Of a DNA stretch of 32,000 bases, positions 1-9,303 are shown piece by piece; position 1 is the first letter of the stretch, and each line of letters begins with the position of its first letter. The stretch is from Desulfocapsa sulfexigens DSM 10523 (lineage in GTDB: Bacteria > Desulfobacterota > Desulfobulbia > Desulfobulbales > Desulfocapsaceae), in assembly GCF_000341395.1 (NCBI RefSeq), contig NC_020304.1:2340001-2372000 (forward strand), written 5' to 3'. The notes under the pieces are model-generated. The model ran no database searches, was not told where the DNA came from, and saw only the letters and a program-made list of their open reading frames with translations. Made by a program: the position numbers and the translations under genes.

Positions 1-81
1 GGCGTGTTGTATAAAAAAGTTAAAGAAGAAGATCTGCTGGAGACTTTTCTGGCGGAATTGAAAAAAATAGAAGGTTTATAG
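1..81 (+). CDS. C-terminal fragment of a CDS, possibly IspG/GcpE (4-hydroxy-3-methylbut-2-enyl diphosphate synthase)
   Basis: Open frame from the window edge translates to [26 protein letters not shown] and ends 2 nt before proS. The terminal 'VLYKKV.EEDL' resembles IspG C-termini. Only 26 residues are visible. Confidence 0.5.
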   Translation, partial: GVLYKKVKEEDLLETFLAELKKIEGL

Positions 82-83
82 AG

Positions 84-1796
84 ATGAGATTTTCCAAATC
101 ACTGATTCCCACACTTAAAGAGACCCCTGCAGAGGCAGAGGTTGTCAGTCATCGCCTCCTGTTGCGAGCTGGTTTTATACGAAAACTCACAGCAGGTATT
201 TACACCTACCTTCCCCTTGGCCTTGCTGCCATTAGAAAGGTAGAGCAAATTGTACGAGAAGAGATGACACGGGCAGGGGCTCAGGAACTTCTCATGCCCA
301 TGGTTCAGCCGGCAGACCTTTGGCACGAAACGGGTCGCTATAAGAAATACGGGCCCGAATTGCTTCGTTTTGTCGACAGGCATGATCGTGAATCCTGTCT
401 TGGTCCAACCCACGAAGAAGTTATCACTGATCTGGCGCGGCGTGAAATCCGATCTTATCGTGACCTTCCCATGAATCTGTACCAGATACAGACAAAATTC
501 AGGGATGAGATCAGACCTCGATTTGGGCTGATGCGTGGTCGTGAATTCATTATGAAAGATGCATATTCCTTTGATGTTGATGATAGTACGGCAGAGGAAT
601 CCTATCAGTGCATGTATGATGCCTATAAAAGGATATTTACGCGTTGTGGACTGGAGTATCGCCCCGTCGAAGCAGATTCAGGAACCATCGGAGGGAGTTT
701 CTCCCATGAGTTTATGGTCCTGGCTGACACCGGTGAGGACACCCTGGTGATCTGTTCCGGTTGTGACTATGCTGCTAACAGTGAAAAAGCCGTAGTTGCA
801 GCACCTGGAAGAGACGAAAGTCCCATGCTCCCTCTGGAGAAAATGGAAACGCCCGGTAAGCGAAAAGTTTCCGCGGTGTGCGAATTCATGGGGATTTCTC
901 CCAAAGAACTTGTCAAAACCATGGTGTATAAGGCAGGTGAGGAAGCCGTTGCGGTACTTGTCCGTGGAGATCGTGAGGTGCAGGAGGTGAAACTCAAGAA
1001 CTTTCTTGGTGTTGTCGATGTTGAGATGCTTGATGATAAAGATGTCTTCGCTGCAACCGGTGTTCCAACAGGATATCTTGGTCCTGTCGGCATCAAGGTA
1101 AAGCTTCTGGTTGATAATGAGGTTGCGGCCATGTGCAATTTTGTGGTTGGTGCCAATGAAAAGAATCATCACCTGAAAAATGTGAACATGGGAAGGGATT
1201 TTGAGCCATTTGGCGTGGCTGATTTACGTCAGATCACCGTTGACGATCCGTGTCCCGTATGTGGTGGCGTCCTCACCATGAAAGAGGGCATAGAAGTCGG
1301 CCATGTATTTAAGCTGGGTACCGGATATTCCAAGGCTATGAACGCAGTTTTTCAGGACAGTGACGGCCAGGATAAACCCATGGTTATGGGATGCTATGGT
1401 ATTGGCGTGAGTCGAATCGTGGCGGCTGCCATTGAGCAGAATCATGACGAAAATGGAATGATTTTTCCCATGCCTCTTGCTCCCATGCAGGTGATCGTTT
1501 TGAATCTCGGTTTGAAGAATGAGCAGATCACCGGGGCTGCAGAGGCACTGTATAGGGATCTGGAGGAAAAAGGAATTGATGTTCTCCTGGATGATCGGGA
1601 CGAACGTCCGGGATCAAAATTCAAGGATGCTGATCTGCTTGGCATTCCACTACGTCTCACCGTAGGAAAACGTCTCACGCAGGATGGAGTCATTGAACTT
1701 CGATCCCGTAGAGATGGTAAGGTCGAAGAACTTGCACCGCAACAGGTGGTTGCAAGGGTACGTGAGTTAATAGAAGCAGCAATGATCAATGGTTGA
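84..1796 (+). CDS. proS: Prolyl-tRNA synthetase, bacterial type with INS domain
   Basis: 570 aa. Class II motifs such as GLLPLG-like '[21 protein letters not shown]', '[12 protein letters not shown]', '[30 protein letters not shown]' and '[27 protein letters not shown]'. Confidence 0.97.
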   Translation: MRFSKSLIPTLKETPAEAEVVSHRLLLRAGFIRKLTAGIYTYLPLGLAAIRKVEQIVREEMTRAGAQELLMPMVQPADLWHETGRYKKYGPELLRFVDRHDRESCLGPTHEEVITDLARREIRSYRDLPMNLYQIQTKFRDEIRPRFGLMRGREFIMKDAYSFDVDDSTAEESYQCMYDAYKRIFTRCGLEYRPVEADSGTIGGSFSHEFMVLADTGEDTLVICSGCDYAANSEKAVVAAPGRDESPMLPLEKMETPGKRKVSAVCEFMGISPKELVKTMVYKAGEEAVAVLVRGDREVQEVKLKNFLGVVDVEMLDDKDVFAATGVPTGYLGPVGIKVKLLVDNEVAAMCNFVVGANEKNHHLKNVNMGRDFEPFGVADLRQITVDDPCPVCGGVLTMKEGIEVGHVFKLGTGYSKAMNAVFQDSDGQDKPMVMGCYGIGVSRIVAAAIEQNHDENGMIFPMPLAPMQVIVLNLGLKNEQITGAAEALYRDLEEKGIDVLLDDRDERPGSKFKDADLLGIPLRLTVGKRLTQDGVIELRSRRDGKVEELAPQQVVARVRELIEAAMING

Positions 1797-3984
1797 CAGC
1801 GAGAAAAATGATTTTATGGTGAGTCAGGATGGTCTGAAGATTCTGACCAGGACCTATCTTAATGGGATGGATCTCAGTCCCATTGATAAAGCTTGGGATC
1901 TTGTTGTCGCCACCCATTCTGATAAACAGCATTTCTCAGGGACCCCCTATCTGGATCATACCCTGCACGTTGCTTCCACCCTGGCCTCCATGCATCTGGA
2001 TCTTGATACCATTGTGGCAGGCCTGCTCCATGGTGTCTTAAAAGAGGGTGTGGAGCTCGATGAGTTGCGAAAGCAGTTTGGTGAGAATGTGGCCATCATT
2101 GTTGATGGCTGTACTCGTATCACCAATGTTCACTATAATTCCAAACTGACTCACCAGGCCGACAATGTCAGAAAAATGCTCCTGGCAATTGCAACTGATG
2201 TCAGGGTATTGCTCGTCAAACTTGCCGATAGACTCCAGGATATGTGTCTGCTTGATACGGTACCGTTAGAACGTCAGCAGGAGATAGCACGGGAAACCAA
2301 GGATCTGTACGCTCCACTTGCCTCTCGTCTAGGCATTGACTGGATGAAGCGGGAACTGGAGGATCTGGCATTTCAATATCTGCATCCCAGTGAATATCTT
2401 GACCTGGTCACGAATCTGGAAAGTTCTCTTGAGGAACGGCAGAGGTATGTGGACGAGGTTATCTCGATTTTCCATGAAAAACTTGCTGCAAGTAATATAG
2501 AACCCACCCGTATAATTGGTCGTCCCAAGCATCTTTACTCCATCTATAAAAAACTGGTTGCCCAGAAAATCCCGTTGGAACGCGTCTATGACAAGGTAGC
2601 CTTTCGTATTATTGTGGACAGTATCAAAGACTGTTACGAGGCACTCGGCGTAATTCATGCAAACTGGTCACCTGTCCCGGGACGTATTAAGGATTTTATT
2701 TCTGTTCCCAAATCGAATAATTATCAATCCATGCATACAACTGTGATCGGGCCGCGAGATCATTTTATTGAGATCCAGATTCGTACGGAAGAGATGGACC
2801 GTATTGCCATGGAAGGTGTCGCTGCGCACTGGGCCTATAAAGAGGGCCAGAATGCCTCTGCCAGTGATACCAGGCTGTTTACTGAACTGAAAAGTCTGGT
2901 GAAGACGCTTCAGGAGGTTGATGATCCAAGAGAATTTCTGGAATCAGTTCATGGCGAGTTGGATACTCCTGAGGTGTATGCACTTACTCCAGCCGGTGAA
3001 GTAAAAGAGTTACCGACGGATTCCAGCCCCATTGATTTTGCCTATGCAATTCATACCGAGGTCGGTGATCACTGTATCGGTGCCAAAGTGAATGGCAAGC
3101 TTGTCCCCTTGAAATATATGATTCAGAATGGGGACATCATAGAAATTGTGACATCCAAAAACCAACGTCCCCGTAGGGGGTGGCTTGAACTGGTAAAAAC
3201 CAGTCGGGCACGTTCCCGGGTACGTTCGTGGCTCCGCCGGGAAGACCGAGAAAAAGCTCTTAATCTTGGCCGTGAAATTTGCGAAAAAGAACTTAAAAAC
3301 TACGACACCACCTTGAAAAAAATGGTGAAGAGCGGTCATGTGAAGCTCCTGTTAAGGGATCTTCACTGCAACTCTTTGGAAGATATGCTGGCTAAGGTCG
3401 GCAGTGGGACGATCACCATTCCTCATCTGATCAAGACTCTTCAGCCTCCGGAAATCAGAAGGGAAGAGGAGGAACGAAGGCTCAGTGAAAGCGGTCACGT
3501 TGGTGATACGCAGACAGCAGTCTCTCCTGAGCGTAAGAAGCTGATCCCTGGTTCCGCTATCCATATTGATGGGATTGACGATATGATGATAAAAATCAGT
3601 CGCTGCTGCAATCCTGTCCCGGGTGATCCCATCATTGGCTTTATCACTAACGGCCGGGGAATTTCTGTTCATAAGGCAGAATGTGCCAATCTCCTTGCGA
3701 CAGATTCACAGCGCTGGATGGATGTTGAATGGTCAAGTCATCAGGACAGTGGGCATCGGGTTGAAATTCAGGTCAGTGCCGAGAATAGCAAGGGAATATT
3801 TGCTGCCATAAGCAGCGTGATTAGTGCCGATGATGCTGATATTGTTGAGATAACAGCTAAGACAACCCCTGCTGATACAGCAGATCTTCACATAGCCGTC
3901 GAGGTTGAGGGGCTGGAGCATCTGCAGCGAGTTCTCCAGCATCTCCGTCAGATCGAGCAGGTTATAACTGCCAGGCGTGTCTGA
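1789..3984 (+). CDS. rel: Long RelA/SpoT homologue ((p)ppGpp synthetase, HD-like, TGS and C-terminal regulatory domains)
   Basis: 731 aa. Synthetase motifs '[13 protein letters not shown]', '[24 protein letters not shown]' and 'IEIQIRT', TGS segment '[34 protein letters not shown]', conserved Cys region '[29 protein letters not shown]'. Overlaps the proS stop by 8 nt. Confidence 0.93.
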   Translation: MVDSEKNDFMVSQDGLKILTRTYLNGMDLSPIDKAWDLVVATHSDKQHFSGTPYLDHTLHVASTLASMHLDLDTIVAGLLHGVLKEGVELDELRKQFGENVAIIVDGCTRITNVHYNSKLTHQADNVRKMLLAIATDVRVLLVKLADRLQDMCLLDTVPLERQQEIARETKDLYAPLASRLGIDWMKRELEDLAFQYLHPSEYLDLVTNLESSLEERQRYVDEVISIFHEKLAASNIEPTRIIGRPKHLYSIYKKLVAQKIPLERVYDKVAFRIIVDSIKDCYEALGVIHANWSPVPGRIKDFISVPKSNNYQSMHTTVIGPRDHFIEIQIRTEEMDRIAMEGVAAHWAYKEGQNASASDTRLFTELKSLVKTLQEVDDPREFLESVHGELDTPEVYALTPAGEVKELPTDSSPIDFAYAIHTEVGDHCIGAKVNGKLVPLKYMIQNGDIIEIVTSKNQRPRRGWLELVKTSRARSRVRSWLRREDREKALNLGREICEKELKNYDTTLKKMVKSGHVKLLLRDLHCNSLEDMLAKVGSGTITIPHLIKTLQPPEIRREEEERRLSESGHVGDTQTAVSPERKKLIPGSAIHIDGIDDMMIKISRCCNPVPGDPIIGFITNGRGISVHKAECANLLATDSQRWMDVEWSSHQDSGHRVEIQVSAENSKGIFAAISSVISADDADIVEITAKTTPADTADLHIAVEVEGLEHLQRVLQHLRQIEQVITARRV

Positions 3985-4057
3985 TAGAGTGACAGGGCAC
4001 AATCGAAGTCAATTAGCATGGTCCCAGGTGAACATGAACTGCTCAAGGGGGAAGAGA

Positions 4058-4333
4058 GTGAAAGAGAATATTACTGCAATGTATGCCAGAAAAAATTTTG
4101 GTCGTTTGCTGGATAAAACGGCTCTTCTCGGTGAATCCTATGTTATTGAACGGGCGGGGCGTCCCATGGCCGCTCTTGTCTCAGTTTCCCGCCTTGAGGA
4201 TTTACAGGCCGGTGGTGTGGCAATGGGAGGGGCTCTTGAAAAGCTCATAAAAAAGATTAAAGATCCCAAATCAAAAAAGCTGGAGAAGGCTATAGCTGAA
4301 GCCAGATCTGCTGCAGCCGATCTTCTTCTGTAA
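4058..4333 (+). CDS. Phd/YefM-family antitoxin-like protein
   Basis: From the GTG at 4058 (preceded by GGGGAAGAGA): VKENITAMYARKNFGRLLDKTALLGESYVIERAGRPMAALVSVSRLEDL, the typical 'A..NFG.LLD.....E.Y.IER.G.P.AALVS...' pattern. The supplied ORF begins earlier at 3977. Confidence 0.8.
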   Translation: MKENITAMYARKNFGRLLDKTALLGESYVIERAGRPMAALVSVSRLEDLQAGGVAMGGALEKLIKKIKDPKSKKLEKAIAEARSAAADLLL

Positions 4334-4345
4334 TCAATCTGTCTC

Positions 4346-4810
4346 ATGCACTCCTGTAATATCTGTGGCAATGAGATCGATTTTCGAACTGTACGCTGTC
4401 CTTACTGCGGAAATGATCAGGAAATTGAAAGTATGGGGCACGTCAGGCCCGAAAAGAAGATTTTCCGTTTAAAAACAGTCAATCTTGAGCAGGGATTACC
4501 CACGGTGGAACAGGCCCTTAACCGGCTTAAGAATGAAATTAGCACAGCTCGTTTAGAACAAATTACTGTGCTCACGTTGATTCACGGGTATGGATCCAGT
4601 GGAAAAGGTGGAATTATACGTCTGGAGTGTAGAAAAACTCTCCAGTATCTTTTGAGCGGTGGAGAAATAGAAGCCGTTGTTTTTGGTGAGGAATTCAGCC
4701 ACCGTCAACCCTCTGTGAAACAATTGTTGCGTCGATTTCCGGAGCTTTTACGCAATCCTCATCTGAATAATCATAATAAAGGTATCACCCTTGTGGTCCT
4801 GCTGCCCTGA
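4346..4810 (+). CDS. Zinc-ribbon plus Smr-domain-like protein
   Basis: N-terminal CNICGNEIDFRTVRCPYCG zinc ribbon; C-terminal 'ITVLTLIHGYGSSGKGGIIR' matches the Smr HGxG core. Confidence 0.7.
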   Translation: MHSCNICGNEIDFRTVRCPYCGNDQEIESMGHVRPEKKIFRLKTVNLEQGLPTVEQALNRLKNEISTARLEQITVLTLIHGYGSSGKGGIIRLECRKTLQYLLSGGEIEAVVFGEEFSHRQPSVKQLLRRFPELLRNPHLNNHNKGITLVVLLP

Positions 4811-4941
4811 GGGGGACTTATTTTTGTATCATCATTATTGACCTTGCAGGATAGAAATGAGTGGTTACGTGTTAATGGGTTAGCATGATAATGGTAACCT
4901 CTATTGCTATAACTAAAATTGAAATGTGAAGGAGTTCATAG

Positions 4942-5655
4942 ATGAAGCGATTTGCCGGATTAGCCCTTGTTATCAGTCTTTCTGTCCCAGCTCTTGGTTT
5001 TGCAGTCGAGACCGAAATGAGTGAACTGAAAACATTTAAAGATAAACTCAGCTACAGTCTGGGCGTTGATATGGGAAGTTATTTGAACGGAATAGGAGAA
5101 GAGCTTGATTATGAAAAACTCCAGCTTGGCTTAAAAGACGGCTTTGAGGGAAATCAAGCTCTTTTGACACCTGAAGAAATGGAGAGTGTGCAGAAGGAAT
5201 TTGCCGAAAAAATGAAGGCAGAGCAGGAAGCTCAATTGAAGGCTTTGCAGGAAAAGAATAAAACAGATGGTGACGCCTACCTTGCAGCAAATAAAGCAAA
5301 GACAGGAGTGATCGTTACAGAGAGTGGTCTTCAGTATGAAGTTTTAAAAGAAGGAAGCGGCGCTGTCCCTACCGCTGAAGATACGGTAACGGTTCATTAC
5401 AAAGGTACCATGATCGACGGAAAAGTCTTTGATGATTCCAATGCACGGGGAGAGGCTGCAACCTTTGGTGTTACTCAGGTCATTCCCGGTTGGAGTGAAG
5501 TGCTGCAGTTGATGAAAGAGGGTGCAAGCTATCGTGTTGTTATTCCACCGTCTCTGGCGTACGGAGAGCAGGGCGTACCTCCAATGATTGAGCCAAATTC
5601 CGTTCTCGTATTCGAAGTCGATTTAATCTCTGTTGAGAAAGCTGAAAAGCAATAA
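4942..5655 (+). CDS. FKBP-type peptidyl-prolyl cis-trans isomerase, Mip/FkpA-like, exported
   Basis: Signal peptide MKRFAGLALVISLSVPALGFA, N-terminal dimerisation-type region, FKBP core 'VTVHYKGTMIDGKVFDDS...VIPGWSEVLQLMKEGASYRVVIPPSLAYGEQG'. RBS GAAGGAG upstream. Confidence 0.93.
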   Translation: MKRFAGLALVISLSVPALGFAVETEMSELKTFKDKLSYSLGVDMGSYLNGIGEELDYEKLQLGLKDGFEGNQALLTPEEMESVQKEFAEKMKAEQEAQLKALQEKNKTDGDAYLAANKAKTGVIVTESGLQYEVLKEGSGAVPTAEDTVTVHYKGTMIDGKVFDDSNARGEAATFGVTQVIPGWSEVLQLMKEGASYRVVIPPSLAYGEQGVPPMIEPNSVLVFEVDLISVEKAEKQ

Positions 5656-5693
5656 ATCCGACTCTGCTAACATTTACCTTTCAGAGGTATATA

Positions 5694-5828
5694 ATGGTTA
5701 AAAAAAAATGTTGTCAGAAGATAAAGAAAAAAGGATATTGTTGTTCGAGTTGTCCTTTAGTTGACGCACCCAAGAAGACAAAGAAAAATTCTGAGAAAAA
5801 AGATAAAAAGAAGAAAAAGAAAAAGTAG
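5694..5828 (+). CDS. 44-aa Cys/Lys-rich micro-protein (not in supplied ORF track)
   Basis: Translation MVKKKCCQKIKKKGYCCSSCPLVDAPKKTKKNSEKKDKKKKKKK*. Upstream 'cagaggtat' is a weak RBS-like sequence. A strong intrinsic terminator follows within about 25 nt of the stop. Confidence 0.6.
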   Translation: MVKKKCCQKIKKKGYCCSSCPLVDAPKKTKKNSEKKDKKKKKKK

Positions 5829-5851
5829 TGTGGACTTTTCCTTCAACTGCT

Positions 5852-5892
5852 AAGCCTCGAAACATTTTGTTTCGGGGCTTTTTTTTTTTTGC
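5852..5892 (+). terminator. Rho-independent terminator
   Basis: Stem AAGCCTCGAAAC / GTTTCGGGGCTT (12 bp with one G-T pair), loop ATTTT, followed by a long T run. Confidence 0.9.
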
Positions 5893-6012
5893 TCTTTTTA
5901 TATATGTTGTCGGCAGTCGAATGATTGGGGTAAGTATGTCAGCGACAGCCGCACATTATCCTTAACTCTGAAAGTTGCCACTTGAGCTATTTTATTAATA
6001 TTTGGAGTGTAT

Positions 6013-6813
6013 ATGAAGATTAGCCTTACTATCGATCAGGAAACCTGTAAAAAATGCTATTCCTGTATTGCAGAATGTCCCTTCGACCTTATTAATCAGG
6101 ACCAGGAGGGCTATCCTCAGTTGCGCAAAGCTGCGGTTAAACGATGTATCCGTTGTGGGCATTGCATGGCTGTCTGTACGGTCGATGCACTCGATATTTC
6201 CATATCACCCCTAAGTCAAAGTATATCCGTGGATAAAACGCTGCTGCCGAGCCCTGATTCGGTAAAGCATTTTCTTGAGAGCAGACGCTCTATTCGTACC
6301 TATAAAAAGAAGATTGTTGAGCATTCTATTCTCGAGCAGATCCTGGATGTCAGTTGCTATTCGCCAAGTGCTCATAACTCTCAACCAGTTCACTGGATAA
6401 TGGTTGAGGATCCCGCAAAAGTAAAACGTATCGCCGGAATGGTTGTTGATTATATGCGTGATATCAAGATTTTTCCTGGACTGATTCGTGCCTGGGACCA
6501 GGGGGTTGATAAGGTTTTACGTGGGGCACCTCATCTTGCCGTTGCTCATGCTGCCCCAAAGGGGAGTGAACATATTGTTGAGGATTGTACCCTGGCCACG
6601 GCATATCTGGATCTTGCTGCGCACAGTCATGGCATCGGCAGCTGCTGGGCAGGTTTTCTTGTGCAGGCTATTCACTTCAACTACCAGCCGGTTATTGACG
6701 AACTTGAGCTTCCTGAGAATCATAAAGTGTATACAGCGCTGATGCTTGGGTATCCAAAATTTCTCTATCGCCATATCCCTCAGCGAGATCCAGTGAACGT
6801 TACCTGGAGGTGA
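6013..6813 (+). CDS. Nitroreductase-family protein with N-terminal 2x[4Fe-4S] ferredoxin domain
   Basis: CKKCYSCIAECP and CIRCGHCMAVC cluster motifs followed by a nitroreductase domain ('SRRSIRTYKKKIVEHSILEQILDVSCYSPSAHNSQPVHW'). ATG at 6013 with TTGGAG upstream; the supplied ORF uses GTG 6007. Confidence 0.9.
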   Translation: MKISLTIDQETCKKCYSCIAECPFDLINQDQEGYPQLRKAAVKRCIRCGHCMAVCTVDALDISISPLSQSISVDKTLLPSPDSVKHFLESRRSIRTYKKKIVEHSILEQILDVSCYSPSAHNSQPVHWIMVEDPAKVKRIAGMVVDYMRDIKIFPGLIRAWDQGVDKVLRGAPHLAVAHAAPKGSEHIVEDCTLATAYLDLAAHSHGIGSCWAGFLVQAIHFNYQPVIDELELPENHKVYTALMLGYPKFLYRHIPQRDPVNVTWR

Positions 6814-7453
6814 CGGAGGTGGTAGCCTGGAGTCCTTCTAAAAGTACAAATCGTCCTAAGGAGACCACGGGGCAGGGGAAAGAACCAACAAAAAGAGGGT
6901 TGTCACAGAGCCCACCGGAGAGGTAGAGTTTTTCTGGACGTTTGGCAAAATTGTAGGCATTAATGGCAATGCCTTTAACAAATTTTGCAACGGCTGCCTC
7001 TTCACTTTCACCCGTTACCACTGCATCAAAGATGTGGCTCATTCCCAAAACACCACAGGTCACGGAAAAGGAATTCTTCGGGATTGCCATGCTGGCAAAG
7101 TCCAGGGTGTAGTATTTTTCAAGCAGTTCGATGGTGAAGCCCATGGAGGCACCACATTCAGCATTCCAGCCCATATCTTTTATCTTCCCATCACTGTAGG
7201 CAACATATTTAATATCTCGACTACCGCAGTCAAGCAGAGTGAAGGAATTTTCCTCAATCAGGCGCAGGCCTCCACGTGCAAGGGCCGTGAGTTCGTTAAC
7301 ATATTTGGTGGCGTAGCGTTTACCGTTGTGGCCTGTGGCTATGTCGACCTTCAGCTTTTTGTCGATTGAGCGGGTGGGGATCAGGCAGGGCGGGGCTGTT
7401 GCGTCTGTTTCCAACAGCTTGCAGTAGGATGTTCCAAAGTCGGCTAGTAACAT
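6800..7453 (-). CDS. Small divergent BadF/BadG/BcrA/BcrD-like (ASKHA) ATPase/activase
   Basis: 217 aa. N-terminal 'LLADFGTSYCKLLE', 'LLDCGSRDIKYVAYSDGKI', 'WNAECGASMGFTIELL', 'FSVTCGVLGMSH', 'LYLSGGLCDNPLF' align by eye with activase landmarks DIGGQDxK, CAAGTG, CTVFAESE and FTGG. Confidence 0.7.
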   Translation of the reverse strand: MLLADFGTSYCKLLETDATAPPCLIPTRSIDKKLKVDIATGHNGKRYATKYVNELTALARGGLRLIEENSFTLLDCGSRDIKYVAYSDGKIKDMGWNAECGASMGFTIELLEKYYTLDFASMAIPKNSFSVTCGVLGMSHIFDAVVTGESEEAAVAKFVKGIAINAYNFAKRPEKLYLSGGLCDNPLFVGSFPCPVVSLGRFVLLEGLQATTSVTSR

Positions 7454-7462
7454 GGGTCTGCG

Positions 7463-8215
7463 TTATAGTCCTGAAAGTTCCAGAAATGCCTGGATTTTTG
7501 CCTTGGCGCTGTTCCCGGCTGTCACGTCACAGTCAAGATAGAGACCATGGGGATGTTTGCCTGCAAGATGTCGGGCAAGGGCAGTTTTTGCACAGAAAGA
7601 TTGGGCGAAGAAGACCGTGGGAATGTCGGGGTTGAAATGGAGTTCCAGATCAAGATTGTCCGGGGTTTTATTTTCCATACAGCGTGTCCACCCGTAAACA
7701 TGGGTGGTATCAGGAAAGAGATTAAGCAGAGAAAAGTCCCGTGGTGGCACTCCCCAGAATCCTGCCGTAGCAGTGCAGGGTGAAAAAGATTGATATGCAT
7801 TCGGGTTTTGCACTGAAGCAGTGATTGCTGCTATCTTTTGTAAAAGCGGCATTTTCGTCTTGCATAGAGGTGTTCCGAAATTCTTACTATCGTCGTTTCT
7901 GGTTCTGATGACTTCACAGTCTGGCAGGATGTCTTCAAGAACCGTTGCTGTGTGAACGGCGCAGTCACATTTTCCGGCTCCGGTGTCAATATAAATGATG
8001 TCCGGTTTGATTGCGATACTGTTGGAGATCACCGTACGCAGGATACCGCAATAGACTCGAGGCAGGAAGGGAGAGGCCGTTTCAATGTCTATTTTTCCCT
8101 GTGGCTCATCAAGGTCAAAGACTTCAAAATCTGGGCCAGCAAGCATTTCCATGATGGTAAACGGGGGAACGCCAACAATGCCTGCACGCTTTTTTGTGAC
8201 GGAGACAGGAGGCAT
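7463..8215 (-). CDS. Cys-rich protein of unknown function paired with the BadF-like protein
   Basis: From ATG 8215 (MPPVSVTKKRAGIVGVPPFTIMEML...). Contains CDC, PLCK, SPCTAT, TRCME, SFCAKT and LDCDVT. The start shares its A with the upstream TGA stop (TGATG). ORF track extends to 8401 but that extension lies inside the preceding gene. Confidence 0.65.
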   Translation of the reverse strand: MPPVSVTKKRAGIVGVPPFTIMEMLAGPDFEVFDLDEPQGKIDIETASPFLPRVYCGILRTVISNSIAIKPDIIYIDTGAGKCDCAVHTATVLEDILPDCEVIRTRNDDSKNFGTPLCKTKMPLLQKIAAITASVQNPNAYQSFSPCTATAGFWGVPPRDFSLLNLFPDTTHVYGWTRCMENKTPDNLDLELHFNPDIPTVFFAQSFCAKTALARHLAGKHPHGLYLDCDVTAGNSAKAKIQAFLELSGL

Positions 8216-9297
8216 CAGGTCCCCTGCTTGTGTAAAAGAAGGAACCCGCTTACTCCAAAGATGATATGAATGAGCATGGCCGCAAGTAGGGGGGACAGGT
8301 ACCCGACTCTGGCAAGCGACTGTAATGCTCCCCATATTCCCCATGCGACGAAGGCGATACCACAACTTGCAGGGATGGCGACGGAGAGATCTTTGCCCCA
8401 TTTTTTATAAGAGAGAAGGAGTATGGGCAGGCCTAAAAAAAGGAGAGGGATGCCGAGTAATGTATAGGACAGTCTGCTATAAAAATTCGTTTCGGCCACC
8501 GCAGTTTCGCTGGCGGTTTTTTGTTCTTGAGTGGCCTGAAAAAGCTCGGTCAAAGAAAGTTCTGCTGACTGGTATTTGGGAACAAAAAAGAATTCCGGGC
8601 TTTCTGGAAAATCAAACCTTTTCTTTGTGAAGAGGGTGGTACGGTAATCGTTGGGGTTAATATTTCTCTGGATCTGGCCATTTGTTAAGTGCCATCCTTT
8701 TTTGTCCCATACTGCCTTGTCCGCAGCTATAAGGGTTTCCAGCCTGTGATCTTTGTCCCAGCTGGAGTAGGAGAAATAGAGAAAAAGATTTTTGTCGGGA
8801 TAGGGCCTGGCAAAAGAATAAAACCCCTCCACCCCCTTATAGTAATACCGACCATTACGAAAAATACCAAGGGGCACCATACCTCTTACGTCCTCGTACC
8901 AGATGGTGTTGGTTGCCGCTATGGTACGCGGCAAAACCCATTGGGCCATGGCAAGGAAGAGGATGGTGGAGATTATCGAGCCAATGAGGATGGGCTTAAC
9001 AATCTTTCGCAGGTGGATACCGCTGGCCATCATTGCGGTGAGTTCCTTATTATTGCTAAGCATTCCAAGAGTGATTACTCCAGAGAGTAAAATCAGGATC
9101 GGGCCCAGCATGTCAACGATAAAGGGGATGCTCAAAAGAAAAAACTTAAAGACGAGACCCATTGATTTCCCGCTTTCCATGAAGTTGTCTATTTTTTCAA
9201 AAAAGTCGACAAGGATGTAGATGGAAATGAAAGCAGCAGCCACGATAAAGAAAGTACGGGCAAACTGGGCCAGGATGTATCGATTTAGAAGTATCAC
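8215..9297 (-). CDS. lptG: LptF/LptG-family permease (YjgP/YjgQ), LPS export
   Basis: 360 aa. N-terminal 'MILLNRYILAQFARTFFIVAAAFISIYILVDFFEKIDNFM', 'LGMLSNNKELTAMMASGIHLRKI' and C-terminal TM block. Confidence 0.85.
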   Translation of the reverse strand: MILLNRYILAQFARTFFIVAAAFISIYILVDFFEKIDNFMESGKSMGLVFKFFLLSIPFIVDMLGPILILLSGVITLGMLSNNKELTAMMASGIHLRKIVKPILIGSIISTILFLAMAQWVLPRTIAATNTIWYEDVRGMVPLGIFRNGRYYYKGVEGFYSFARPYPDKNLFLYFSYSSWDKDHRLETLIAADKAVWDKKGWHLTNGQIQRNINPNDYRTTLFTKKRFDFPESPEFFFVPKYQSAELSLTELFQATQEQKTASETAVAETNFYSRLSYTLLGIPLLFLGLPILLLSYKKWGKDLSVAIPASCGIAFVAWGIWGALQSLARVGYLSPLLAAMLIHIIFGVSGFLLLHKQGT

Positions 9298-9303
9298 AAA
9301 AAT

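Noticed and set aside
8216-8401. 62-residue N-terminal extension of the Cys-rich ORF (MGQRSLRRHPCKLWYRL...)
   Set aside because: It lies entirely inside lptG in another frame, and the internal ATG at 8215 forms a standard TGATG coupling.
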